A stretch of DNA of 64,000 bases from Desulfobacterales bacterium. Its GTDB lineage: Bacteria > Desulfobacterota > Desulfobacteria > Desulfobacterales > UBA2174. A program made the translations under genes and the position numbers. The notes under the pieces are model-generated. The model ran no database searches. It saw only the letters and a program-made list of their open reading frames with translations, and was not told the DNA's origin. Each line of letters opens with the position of its first letter. Position 1 is the stretch's first letter. The stretch covers positions 576,001-640,000 of the forward strand of contig CAXXWC010000021.1 of the NCBI GenBank assembly GCA_963668645.2, written 5' to 3'. Shown here in pieces: positions 38,858 to 49,039 of this stretch.

Positions 38858-40378
38858 TTATGCTTTCTCCACAGATGAGGCGGCTATTTTCCCCAGACTT
38901 TTTTCCATAAATCTCTTTTTAATTATGGGGAAGCTCAGCGTTATTGCAGCACAAATCAACATGACAAGAGATATGGGACGTGTCAGGAATACTAATAAAC
39001 CATCATCGGAAAGCCTCGTGGCAAGTACGAAGTTCTTTTCGGCGAGGGGCCCCAGAACAAGGGCCAAAACCAAAGGACCGATGGACATATCCAGGCGTTT
39101 AAGAATATATCCGATAACTCCGAATATCGTCATAATCATAATGTCCGCGAAGCTACTCCTTAGTGAATAAACACCGATATATGAAAATACAATAATCAAC
39201 GGGTCCAATATAAAAACCGGGAGTTTCGTCGCTTTAACGAACATTCTGGTCATTGCCAATCCAAGAAACAGAACCAGGAAATTAACAATCAGCATCCCTC
39301 CGAAACAGGCATGGACGATTTCAGGATTATTCATGAAAATCATGGGCCCCGGATTAAGCCCTGCAATGATAAACGCTCCCAGAATAATTGCCGTTACCGC
39401 ACTTCCTGGAATCCCCAGAGTAAGCATTGTTAATACGGCACCTGCGGCACATGCGTTATTGGCACACTCGGGCGCTACGACACCTTCTGGTATGCCCGTG
39501 CCGAACTTATCAGAATCTTTGGAAAACTGTTTTGCTAGACCATAGGACATGATGGAGCCGAGAACCGTTCCCGCACCGGGTATCGCTCCAACAATCGTCC
39601 CTAAAATACTGCTGCGTGGTATTGTGGATTTCAAATAGGTTTTAAGCTCCGACCATTTTGGCAATTCAACCTTATCCCCGCCCACATTTTCTTCTTGATA
39701 ATAGATGCGCCTGTCATTCAGTCGATCAAATACTTCCGACAGGGCGAATAGGCCCATTAGCGCAACGATAAAATTTATCCCTCCTAGAAGGTAGTCTGAA
39801 TTGAAAACGAAACGAGGGACACCCGTCATAGGACTCAACCCGATACATGCAATCAAAAGCCCAATAAATAGCGACAACAAACCATTGATAAATGAATTAC
39901 CGGCAATTGACGAAATCGTCATCAAACCCATGAAAATAAAGCTGAATAGCTCAGGCGGACCGAATTTCAACGCAATTTTTGCGATATAAGGTCCGAGCAA
40001 AATTAAAAAGAAAGTTCCGATCAATCCTCCAATAGCGGAACCGAACAGACCGGAACCTATCGCTTTTCCCGCCTCTCCCCTTTTGGCCATTGGATGACCG
40101 TCAAATGTCGTACATACCGCAGCCGGGTCTCCGGGTATATTGAAAAGGACTGCGGTAATACATCCTCCGAAATTACTCCCCTGATATATGCCCACCAGTG
40201 CCAAGATGGAGGCAATAGGACCGAGTGAATAGGTAAACGGAACAAATAAAATTGCAGCCATTAACCCGTTAATGCCTGGAATCGCTCCAAAAAAAATCCC
40301 GATAAAGGTTCCACCTGCCAGCCACAGAAAGTTATCCGGCTGTGCGATCATTGCGATGCTTTTAATCAAGATCTCCAT
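38858..40378 (-). CDS. tctA: Tripartite tricarboxylate transporter large subunit TctA
   Basis: GAIPGING, NIPGDPAAVCTTFDGHPMAKRGEAGKA, GVVAPECANNA, LTLGIPGSAVTAII, LVLGPLAE. Confidence 0.93.
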   Translation of the reverse strand: MEILIKSIAMIAQPDNFLWLAGGTFIGIFFGAIPGINGLMAAILFVPFTYSLGPIASILALVGIYQGSNFGGCITAVLFNIPGDPAAVCTTFDGHPMAKRGEAGKAIGSGLFGSAIGGLIGTFFLILLGPYIAKIALKFGPPELFSFIFMGLMTISSIAGNSFINGLLSLFIGLLIACIGLSPMTGVPRFVFNSDYLLGGINFIVALMGLFALSEVFDRLNDRRIYYQEENVGGDKVELPKWSELKTYLKSTIPRSSILGTIVGAIPGAGTVLGSIMSYGLAKQFSKDSDKFGTGIPEGVVAPECANNACAAGAVLTMLTLGIPGSAVTAIILGAFIIAGLNPGPMIFMNNPEIVHACFGGMLIVNFLVLFLGLAMTRMFVKATKLPVFILDPLIIVFSYIGVYSLRSSFADIMIMTIFGVIGYILKRLDMSIGPLVLALVLGPLAEKNFVLATRLSDDGLLVFLTRPISLVMLICAAITLSFPIIKKRFMEKSLGKIAASSVEKA

Positions 40379-40379
40379 T

Positions 40380-40901
40380 TTACCCTGTCGCCCCCAATCT
40401 AACTATCGTTAAAATCAAATTCGAAAAATCGAGAAAAATCCCAAACCCTTTTGGTAGAGAAACATATAAAAGGCGCCAAAAAATAAACAGGATTAGAAGA
40501 ACGGAGACCGACGATCCTATTATAAGATATTTTAGATTTGTTTGTCCTAGAAATCGCATAAAAATGCACAAAAACAGCATTGTCGCAAATGCAAAACCGA
40601 GATATTCAGTACTAAAGCAGTATACCGATACGATCAATATCCCCAGAATGATTCTACTACTGAACAGCAGACTTATAAATTCCCTAACACTACTTGTTGT
40701 TGTAGAATTCTTTTGCGGCCAATACAGCTTCATAAAAACTGTCAAGCTTAACCCGACCAAGACCGTTCTTGGCCAGAACTCAGGTCTAGACCAGATGGCA
40801 TAGCTAGTGAGGCTACCGTTGCCGCCGACATTTATGAATAGATATCCCGCAACGGCAAGATACATCAAAAACAACATGTGTTTTAATCTTGCTATTTTCA
40901 T
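40380..40901 (-). CDS. tctB: Tripartite tricarboxylate transporter small subunit TctB
   Basis: Four TM segments, PEFWPR, LGFAFAT, FWRLLYVSLPKG; abuts tctA. Confidence 0.8.
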   Translation of the reverse strand: MKIARLKHMLFLMYLAVAGYLFINVGGNGSLTSYAIWSRPEFWPRTVLVGLSLTVFMKLYWPQKNSTTTSSVREFISLLFSSRIILGILIVSVYCFSTEYLGFAFATMLFLCIFMRFLGQTNLKYLIIGSSVSVLLILFIFWRLLYVSLPKGFGIFLDFSNLILTIVRLGATG

Positions 40902-41297
40902 TTATGACCTTCTGTCAATGGTTTTGGGGGCAATTGTTTTCATAAGTCCGTTATCTGGTTGGTTTCAATCATCATGCTGTTGTTATATCCGCATTGAAAT
41001 CGAAGCCCTTCTGTTGCTAATACGCACAAACCGTGCCCGTATCCCCTTCCGGGAAGGATGCGGTTCGGTTGTGCAGTAGGCTTTGGAAGGCTGTTGCAGA
41101 TTGGCGGGAAATGGCGGCCTTGACCGTAAGACGCGGGTTTACGGTAGGGCATTGGTGCGGAGGGCTGATCAGGCATTGAAACGATTACATCGATCAAGCG
41201 TCTGGTATCAGAGGCAAAGGCCGCCATTTTCCCACATCTTCAACTCTAAAGTTGCAAAAATGGTTCTCACGGTTGTCCCAGATATACATGAATCTGT

Positions 41298-42272
41298 TTA
41301 TTTTACCGAAAAGCCGGTCTCATCGATTATTTTTTTCAGGTCATTGTAATAACTCCTGACAAATTCGCCAAATTCTTGACCACTCAGATGGCTCTGGCTG
41401 GCATCCATTTTTTTCTCCAGCATATAATCCTGCCATTCTTTTGTTTCCGATGCTTTCAGGACTGCTTGGCTTAATTTTTCCCGTATGACAGGATCGACAC
41501 CTTTTTTAATAGCAATACCCCTGAAAAAGGGGAAATCGACATCGAATCCCAATTCTTTCATGGTCGGCAGGTCAGGAAACCCGTTGATTCTTTTCCCGAC
41601 ACACGCCACAAGTGGTTTCATCTGATTGTTTTGTACATAATGCAAGACGTCACTCACTTCTTCCCATATGATATCCACATCACCCCTGAACAAAGCGGCA
41701 TGCAATTCACCACCACCATCATAGGAGATATACTTTATTTTTATTCCCTGTTTATCCAGTTTGGCCACCGTTATTGCTTCGGACGATGTCAAGCCAATGC
41801 CGCCGAGCAATAGCTTACCCGGCTTTTTCTTGGCTTCGGCGACAACATCGTCAAAACCTTTAAATGGGCTGTTCGGCATTGTAAGTATCCATGCTGAATC
41901 CATCTGAACCCTGCCGATATAATCAAGATCTTCGATTTTGGATTTATAGATCCCGAGTGCAGTGGAGATGACATAGTCGGTCTCTATGCCAAGGATGGAG
42001 TACCCATCCGGAGCTCTTTTCATATACTCAATCATACCGACAGCTCCGGATGCTCCGGGAATATTGACAATGGCAAGCGGTGTATTGAGCTCATTTTTAA
42101 GATGTTTGGAAAAAGCTCTGGCATATCGGCTGGAACCGCCGCCCACACTCCAACGGATTATCCATTCGATAGGCTGCTCCGGAAATTTTTCAGCACCCGC
42201 AAGGCATTCTCCCACACTGAAAATTCCGAGCAATAGAAACATAACAATTGTAGATAAAGCTCTTTTTTTCAT
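41298..42272 (-). CDS. tctC: Tripartite tricarboxylate transporter substrate-binding protein TctC/Bug
   Basis: Signal peptide; FPEQPIEWIIRWSVGGGSS..AR, VNIPGASGAVG, APDGYSI, YDGGGE, PDLPTMKELG. Confidence 0.9.
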   Translation of the reverse strand: MKKRALSTIVMFLLLGIFSVGECLAGAEKFPEQPIEWIIRWSVGGGSSRYARAFSKHLKNELNTPLAIVNIPGASGAVGMIEYMKRAPDGYSILGIETDYVISTALGIYKSKIEDLDYIGRVQMDSAWILTMPNSPFKGFDDVVAEAKKKPGKLLLGGIGLTSSEAITVAKLDKQGIKIKYISYDGGGELHAALFRGDVDIIWEEVSDVLHYVQNNQMKPLVACVGKRINGFPDLPTMKELGFDVDFPFFRGIAIKKGVDPVIREKLSQAVLKASETKEWQDYMLEKKMDASQSHLSGQEFGEFVRSYYNDLKKIIDETGFSVK

Positions 42273-42384
42273 CTCAACAACCTTTCTTTTAAGCCGCTTC
42301 AGGCCATTTAACGGGTTGCCCCGACATGAAGGAGGTACGGTCCCATTGAAACATAGGCTCGACGAAGGCAACGGGTTGTAGTGT

Positions 42385-42590
42385 AGATTCAAACCGGAAC
42401 AGGGAAATTGACCGCTTTACGGGAAGATAACGATTGCGAAAACCACAGGACAAACGCTTAGCCCACTCAATCTTGGCGTCGATCGACTCGCATGGAGCAC
42501 TGGCGATTCGATGCCTGGCGTAGATCACGATATTGTCCGCATAGTCCCTGCGCATTTTGGCCACCTGCTTGATCGGTTTCGGCCACAAGG
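42385..42590 (-). mobile_element. ISL3-family transposase C-terminal remnant
   Basis: PIKQVAKMRRDYADNIVIYARHRIASAPCESIDAKIEWAKRLSCGFRNR resembles the ISL3 ending (..NA..EG.N.KI...KR.A.GFRN). A possible ISL3-like end ...AACCGGACAGAGCC lies at about 42711-42735. Confidence 0.65.
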
Positions 42591-42830
42591 GGTTAACCCT
42601 GAAACACCGGCACTTGGTTAACCCAAGGACTTTGAACCGAAATCCTGAGGGAAAAACGCTTTTTCGTCCATGGGTGCACCATGAGGCAAGTCACTACCTC
42701 TTTATATGGACCCATGAAAATAACCGGACAGAGCCTCCTTTAAGTCTTTTCTGTAAAGATCAAAGCTCCTTCGGGGTTAGTATGCCAATGAAGTTGCCTT
42801 TTGTTGCCTGATGACCGGCCCCCACACCGT

Positions 42831-42883
42831 GTGTCTATATATTGAACTGTGTTTTATATATAGACACGAAATGTTCGTGTCAA
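42831..42883 (-). promoter_or_regulatory. Sigma70-like promoter with two overlapping palindromes, pointing at tctCBA
   Basis: Minus-strand TTGACA-N17-TATATA; palindromes GTGTCTATATA-N15-TATATAGACAC (42831-42867) and GACACGAA-ATG-TTCGTGTC (42863-42881). Confidence 0.6.
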
Positions 42884-43039
42884 GCATTTTTTCGCTTGTC
42901 AAGTATTTTTTACGGCGGTTCTCGCCGACGGCCCTGCTACGGCCCCACCGACGAACCGAACCGGCACTATTTGACGGCAATCCTCTGTTCCGCCGAGAGG
43001 TTACCCCATCGAGAGCGTTCTTACATTTCTTTGATCAGG

Positions 43040-43284
43040 CGATGTGGCCGATCTTATGAAACGCGGACGTGCTTCCATTGTTCTTACCGGATGCAAGGCC
43101 CATGCCACCGACCTGGAAAACGGTTTCAGAAAAAGGTGGACCGGGTCGTCTGCCTCACCGGCGGCATTGCGGACAGGGAATCTGCCCCGGGCATGGCAGA
43201 CATCCAAGCCATCCCGTCCGGCGAAAGGCACCCTGCAACAATACACTGGCGGGCTCCACAAAGATTTGCGATAACACTAAAGAA
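43040..43284 (+). repeat. Decayed partial copy of the helicase gene segment 46060-46399
   Basis: Aligns by eye with many substitutions, single-base indels and a ~95-bp internal deletion (46246-46340 absent). Confidence 0.85.
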
Positions 43285-43349
43285 CCGATAAATTACGTTG
43301 CCTGACATCCAAAAAATATGGCAAAAGCGTTGTTCAAGGAGGTTTTGGC

Positions 43350-43785
43350 ATGTTTGATTATCCGGCCTATTTGAAAAAACTCACCTCAGGTGAGCCTGTA
43401 GACAACCCCTTTCTTGATTTTCTGGGGATCACCGTCGAGGAGATCCGCCAGGGTTATGCCCGATTCAGCATGGCCATCCGGCCCGAGTTCCGGCAAGGGG
43501 CAGGAATTCTCCAAGGCGGGCTTTCCATCGCGCTTTCCAGCGAAACAGCCGCCCACGCCGTGATGACCACTCTCGCCCCCCGGTGAAAACCTGACCACGA
43601 TCGAGCTGAAAAACAACTTTTTGTCCATGGCCTCTGAAGGGCGCTTGATTGCCGAAGCGACGGTGTTCAAACGCGGGCGCGTCCTGGTTATCGTCGACTG
43701 CATGGACCGTAATGATCGGGACAGGGATATTTCCCGGAGCAGCGCCACCCTGATGGTGATTCGTGAGCAAACCCGTTCGAAGTGA
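43350..43785 (+). pseudogene. PaaI-family thioesterase, frameshifted
   Basis: NPFLDFLGI...GILQGG...TTLAP, then a +1 shift in a C-run (43576-43581) continues GENLTTIELKNNFL...AEATVFKRGR...SATLMVI to TGA at 43785. Confidence 0.85.
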
Positions 43786-44038
43786 ACGCAGCGACCGGAC
43801 GGCTCAGCTTTTCACACTTCAACACCACAGAACCGAAACGCGCGATTGCACTTGTTTGAATCCGGAATCGAAGGTAGCGATTTCTGACCGCAGACAGGCT
43901 GGTGCATTTTTTTTAGGTTGATGTCTTTGCAGCACGACATGTTGTGCTTTTCTATGCAAATCGAGAAGTTGGCAAACGTCGGGTTTGCCATTTCAGCCTG
44001 TTGCATATATAAAACCAGCACGACATGGACGATCCGAA

Positions 44039-46945
44039 ATGAAAGACCTGCCATATCCGGAACTGAAAGATAAATTCCAGGCCCTTGTCGAAGAGAACAA
44101 ATCTCTGAAGGCCAGAATAGCGGAACTGGAATCTGCTCTCCGTTCAACCCAGTCCCATCCAGATCCGACTCCGGATCTATGTACCCCCGGTCCGAGCCGG
44201 GACATTCTCGCCGATGGTGCGGACAAACACGTCAACCATTATTCCCCGATAAGTGAAAAAATCGCGCTCTTCATGTCCCTGTTCAATGGGCGTTCGGATG
44301 TCTATGCCCGAAAATGGTGCAGTAAAAAGGGAAAATCCGGATACAGCCCGGTCTGCCGGAATGAGTGGCGGCCCGGGGTCTGTGACAGGCCCCGGATGAA
44401 ATGCTACAAGTGCCCCCACAAAGCCCACGTTCCCTTTTCGCAAACCGTGGTGGAATTCCACCTCAGGGGCAATCTGATTGCAGGCATCTATCCCTTGCTA
44501 CCCGGCGACACCTGTCACTTTTTAGCCATGGATTTTGATGAAGAAGGTTGGGAAAAAGACATTGCCGTTATTCAGAGAACCTGCGCCCGGTTTGATATCC
44601 CCGTGGCGGTCGAACGATCCCAGTCCGGCAACGGCGGCCATGTCTGGTTTTTCTTCAAGCAGCAGCACCCCGCCGCCCTGGCCCGGAGATTCGGTACGGC
44701 CTTGCTCACCCATGCCATGGGAAAACGCCACGAAATCGCCTTCTCGTCCTATGACCGGCTGTTTCCCAACCAGGATACCATGCCGGAAGGCGGATACGGC
44801 AACCTCATCGCCCTACCACTTCAGAAAAAGGCCCGTGAAAAGGGGAACTCTGTTTTTGTCGATGAAAACTTCGCACCATGGCCGGACCAGTGGGCGTTTC
44901 TTTCCCAGGCACCGCGACTGGATGAAGCGCAACTAAACAGCGTTATCGCAAAACTGGTCCGGGGACTGGATCTGGGGGAATTGAAAACGGGGCCGGAAGA
45001 AGAAGCGACACCCTGGAGAACGGTTCGAGGAAAATTAACGCAGGATGACTTTTCAAGATCCGCTAAAATCATCAAATCCGGGATGCTCTACATCGATAAA
45101 AAAGGATTCAGCCAAAGGGCGTTGAACACGATCAAGCGATTGGCGGCTTTCAAAAACCCGTTATTCTACAAGGCCCAGGCCATGCGTTTGTCCACCTTTG
45201 GCAAGCCCCGGGTAATCTCCTGTTGCGACGATCATGGCACCCATCTGTCCCTTCCCCGCGGTTGTGAAAGCGACCTTCAGGCTCTTTTGGATGAACATGG
45301 AGTAAATCGAAAAAGCACGGATGAAACCAACCCGGGAAAACCGATCCGGGTTGAATTCAACGGGATCTTGAAAGGTGAGCAGCAGGCAGCGGTAAAAGCG
45401 CTGCTTGCCCATGACATCGGGGTTCTGGCCGCTGCCACGGCATTCGGAAAAACCGTCGTCGGGGCCAGCCTGATCGCTGCAAAACAGGTCAACACCCTGG
45501 TTCTGGTTCACCGGCAGCAGTTGGTTTCACAATGGCGCGAGCGCCTGGCCCGGTTTCTCGTCATCAACGAAACCCTTCCCGAACCCCAGGCGAAACGCGG
45601 GCGGAAAAGAAAAACGGAAATCATCGGTCACCTGGCCGCCGGCAAGGATCGGCTCTCTTCCATTGTGGATGTTGCCCTTATGCAGTCTCTCAACCGGGGC
45701 GGTGATGTCCGCGAATGCGTGAAAAACTACGGAATGATCATTGTGGACGAATGCCACCACGTTCCGGCTTTCACCTTTGAACAGATTTTGAAAAAGGCCA
45801 ATGCAAAATCCGTTTACGGCCTGACCGCCACCCCCGGGAGACCTGACGGCCATCATCCCATTATCTTTTTTTACTGCGGCCCTGTGCGGTATTCAGTCGA
45901 CGCGAAAAAGCAGGCACAAAAGAGCCCTTTTAACCATTGCCTGATTCCCCGTTTCACCTCCTTTCGGGCCGGCGCAGGGAAAGACGGCAAGGAACTGACC
46001 CTGCATGAAATCAAAGAGCGACTGGTATCAGATGAAATCCGCAACCAACTCATCGTTGACGATGTGGTCCGATCTTATGAAACGGGACGTGCTTCCCTTG
46101 TCCTCACCGGCCGCAAGGCCCATGTCGCCGACCTGGGAAAACGGCTTCAGAAAAAAGTGGACCGGGTCATCTGCCTCACCGGCGGCATGGGGGACAAGGA
46201 ATCCGCCCGGATCATGGCAGACATCCAGGCTATCCCGCCCGGCGAGCCTTTTGTCCTGGTTTCAACGGGATCGTACATCGGGGAAGGCTTTGACGAGCCC
46301 CGGCTGGACACCCTGTTTTTTGCTATGCCCATATCCTGGAAAGGCACCCTGCAACAATACGCAGGCAGGCTCCACCGGATTTGTGAAAACAAAAAGGAGG
46401 TGCAGATCTACGATTATGTGGATCTGCATGTGAGAATGCTGGAGCGGATGTATGGTAAAAGGCTAAAAGGGTATGCCGCCATCGGTTACCGGACAAGGGT
46501 TGAAACCTTTTCAAAATCCCCCACCAATATCATTTTCGGCAAGGACAACTTTTTCCCGGTTTATGTGAAGGACATCGAAAACGCTTCAACCAGCGTAACC
46601 ATCGTCAGCCCATTTGTCTCACGAAAAAGGATGTTGCAGATGATGGCGTATTTTCAAGCCCTCCTGTCAAAACAGGTACGCGTGACGATCATGACACGCC
46701 CCGCCAAGGATTTCTCGGCTGGAAACAAGGCCGTCCTTCAGGATGTTTTCTCCATGGCTGAAGCAGCAGGTATCCGACTGATCCAAAAACCCAGTATCCA
46801 CCAGAAATTTGCCGTCATAGACGATCACATCACATGGTACGGCAGTATCAACTTGCTGAGTTTCGGGTATTCCGAGGAAAGCATCATGCGTCTACAAAGC
46901 AGCAGCATTGCTTGTGAGTTGCTGGCCTCTAACGCTTTGGCATGA
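44039..46945 (+). CDS. AEP primase (TOTE-type) - SF2/Res-like helicase - PLD nuclease fusion protein
   Basis: Coiled coil; CRNEW...C..PRMKC..C Cys cluster; FLAMDFD and ERSQSGNGGHVW (AEP motifs); AATAFGKT, VDECHH, LTATP, GEGFDEPRLD, QQYAGRLHR (SF2); HQKFAVID...GSINL (HKD). Confidence 0.88.
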   Translation: MKDLPYPELKDKFQALVEENKSLKARIAELESALRSTQSHPDPTPDLCTPGPSRDILADGADKHVNHYSPISEKIALFMSLFNGRSDVYARKWCSKKGKSGYSPVCRNEWRPGVCDRPRMKCYKCPHKAHVPFSQTVVEFHLRGNLIAGIYPLLPGDTCHFLAMDFDEEGWEKDIAVIQRTCARFDIPVAVERSQSGNGGHVWFFFKQQHPAALARRFGTALLTHAMGKRHEIAFSSYDRLFPNQDTMPEGGYGNLIALPLQKKAREKGNSVFVDENFAPWPDQWAFLSQAPRLDEAQLNSVIAKLVRGLDLGELKTGPEEEATPWRTVRGKLTQDDFSRSAKIIKSGMLYIDKKGFSQRALNTIKRLAAFKNPLFYKAQAMRLSTFGKPRVISCCDDHGTHLSLPRGCESDLQALLDEHGVNRKSTDETNPGKPIRVEFNGILKGEQQAAVKALLAHDIGVLAAATAFGKTVVGASLIAAKQVNTLVLVHRQQLVSQWRERLARFLVINETLPEPQAKRGRKRKTEIIGHLAAGKDRLSSIVDVALMQSLNRGGDVRECVKNYGMIIVDECHHVPAFTFEQILKKANAKSVYGLTATPGRPDGHHPIIFFYCGPVRYSVDAKKQAQKSPFNHCLIPRFTSFRAGAGKDGKELTLHEIKERLVSDEIRNQLIVDDVVRSYETGRASLVLTGRKAHVADLGKRLQKKVDRVICLTGGMGDKESARIMADIQAIPPGEPFVLVSTGSYIGEGFDEPRLDTLFFAMPISWKGTLQQYAGRLHRICENKKEVQIYDYVDLHVRMLERMYGKRLKGYAAIGYRTRVETFSKSPTNIIFGKDNFFPVYVKDIENASTSVTIVSPFVSRKRMLQMMAYFQALLSKQVRVTIMTRPAKDFSAGNKAVLQDVFSMAEAAGIRLIQKPSIHQKFAVIDDHITWYGSINLLSFGYSEESIMRLQSSSIACELLASNALA

Positions 46946-47112
46946 AGCTTTATCGCGCCAGGGGACAAAAGTAGTGCGGCGTCCCGAAAAATTCGGCACA
47001 CACCTCAGTTTTTATTATTTTAGTCGCGGACTGCGCCGGTTTACGAACGGTGCTATCATTTCGATTTTATAACTGTTTATGATCCATGTTTCCACAAATC
47101 CCCAACTGAAGT

Positions 47113-48494
47113 TTGACAAGCTCGTAAAAAATCGGAGTTCGAATCAAACCGCGTTATGAGCATATGTTCGTAATGCAAGTTTCCTGGCGGCCCATCCGGC
47201 CATAGAACGGAAAATGCCGCCTATTCGCTCTTTGAAAAGCCGAAAAACACGACAAACACCCTGGTTCCGGTCTGTTTCGGCCCCGCTGGCCCGCATCCGG
47301 GCCTGCCTGGCCGCCACTGCCCGCATGATGTTGAGCGCCGTAGCCTTCATCACCGCAGCATAGTGTACGGCCTTTCGGCCTCTGACCCTCAAGCGTTTGA
47401 CTCCCGTAAGCCGATCATACTGGCTCATGGTCGCCTCAACCCCGGCGCGCCACCGGTACTTTTGCCTGAATTCTTCACTGCGTTCATACTGGCGCCGTTT
47501 GGCGATGCGAAGATTTTTTTCAGTGTAGTTCAGGCAGAAAAACTTGGCCTTCCTTTTCACGACACAGTCGGATACCAGGAGGCATTTTTCGCAAAGATCG
47601 ATTTCAAAACCCTGGGTGTAACGATCCTTCTTTTTCTTGCGCAAAGCCGGTTCGTGACCGGCAGGGCATTTATCCACATGTCCACTGGAGAGGAACTGAA
47701 AAGCGCTCAGGCTCCCCGATTCGCTCTTTTCTACCCCCATCTTAGGACTGATTACCTCGACACCCAACTCGGCGGCCTGTTGGCAGTTTTCATCCGAACC
47801 GTAAAGGGAATCTGCCTGAACCTGTTCGGGGGCAAGACCGGTTTCCAGGGTCGTCTCGATGGCCGGCAGAAGCGCCTGCGCATCGCTTTGGCAAGCAGGT
47901 CCCACTTCGACGTAGGTGATCAAATTCAACTGGCCCGGGTCCTTGGCGCCATCTTCGTGCTCGCTGTAGGTCTCCATGATCTGGACCTGGTAGCCTTGGC
48001 CTTTGTGGCCACTGTAGGTAGCATCCGGATCGGAGGGGTTTTGCAGTGAATCGGAAGGAATCTGTTTGGGTGCCTTGACCTCGATGGTGCCATCGTCATG
48101 CACATCCAACTGGTCTTTGACAATCCGGCAAAGCAGCTTGTAGCTGTGCATGTCGGCCACCTGCCGGTTGGCGGCAAACTGGGTTGCCAGCCGGTACAGG
48201 TCGTCGGCGACATCGGATAAAACCCTTTTGGACTCCGACGGCTTAACTCCGGCAAAGCACTGCCTGGCCTTTTCGCCCTGGTAGCGCTGGATCAGTTCCC
48301 CATCGATACGGCCGTAAACGATAGGATGGTGGCGCTTGAGGTTGACTAAAAACCGGTCGATGCCTTTGACGAAAATCCCGATGCGCCCGAGACGGGCCAT
48401 GTTGGAGCGGATGTGAACCGAGTCGATGCGCTGGTGACCGGTATCGACTTTGAACACGTCGGCCAACTTGACGACCACGGCGTCGAAAACCGCC
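47113..48494 (-). mobile_element. IS1182/IS5-like DDE insertion sequence, 5'-truncated
   Basis: Transposase QRIDSVHI, SLQNPSDPDATYSGHKGQGY, ADSLYGS, YRWRAGVEATMS; stop at 47144; terminal-repeat-like TTGACAAGCTCGTAAAAAATC at 47113-47133. The N-terminus is replaced by fixB sequence at about 48490. Confidence 0.85.
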
Positions 48495-48921
48495 TAAAAC
48501 CGCCACCCGCCGCCTCGAAACCCGGCCCAAGACCGGCAGCGACGTCGACCTATCCGCCGCCAAGAAGGTGATCGGAGTCGGGCGCGGCTTTGCCAGGCAA
48601 GCGGACCTGGCCATGGCCGATGAGTTGGCCGCCCTGATCGATGCCACGGTGGGCTGCAGCCGCCCCCTGGCCGAAATCGAGCACTGGCTGCCCAAGGCGC
48701 GCTACATCGGGGTCTCGGGCCAGATGATCAAACCGGACCTCTACCTGGCCCTCGGCATCTCTGGACAGGTCCAGCATATGTTCGGCGTCAGCCAGGCCCA
48801 CACCATCGTGGCGGTCAACAAGGACAAGAACGCACCGATCTTCCAGCAGGCCGATTACGGCATCGTCGCAGATCTTTACACCGTGCTGCCGGCCCTGATC
48901 GAAAGGTGCCGCAACCGGTAG
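48490..48921 (+). pseudogene. fixB: fixB 3' fragment
   Basis: Near-identical to the C-terminal FAD domain of 31712-32650; no 5' half. Confidence 0.9.
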
Positions 48922-49039
48922 CGCCATCGAAAACGACGACCATCGGCCGGCTTTGCGGCCGTCGGCGCGCGCCCTGTCCGGCGCCGGCCCCAGGCCGCGC
49001 GCTTCGCGCGCCCGGATCCGGTGCGCAGTGGAGGCTCTT

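Noticed and set aside
40902..41297. Small gene between tctC and tctB
   Set aside because: Overlapping short ORFs on both strands without SD or motifs.
43040..46399. Diversity-generating retroelement TR/VR pair (also considered for the two fixX alleles)
   Set aside because: Mismatches are not adenine-specific, indels are present, and there is no reverse transcriptase in the window.
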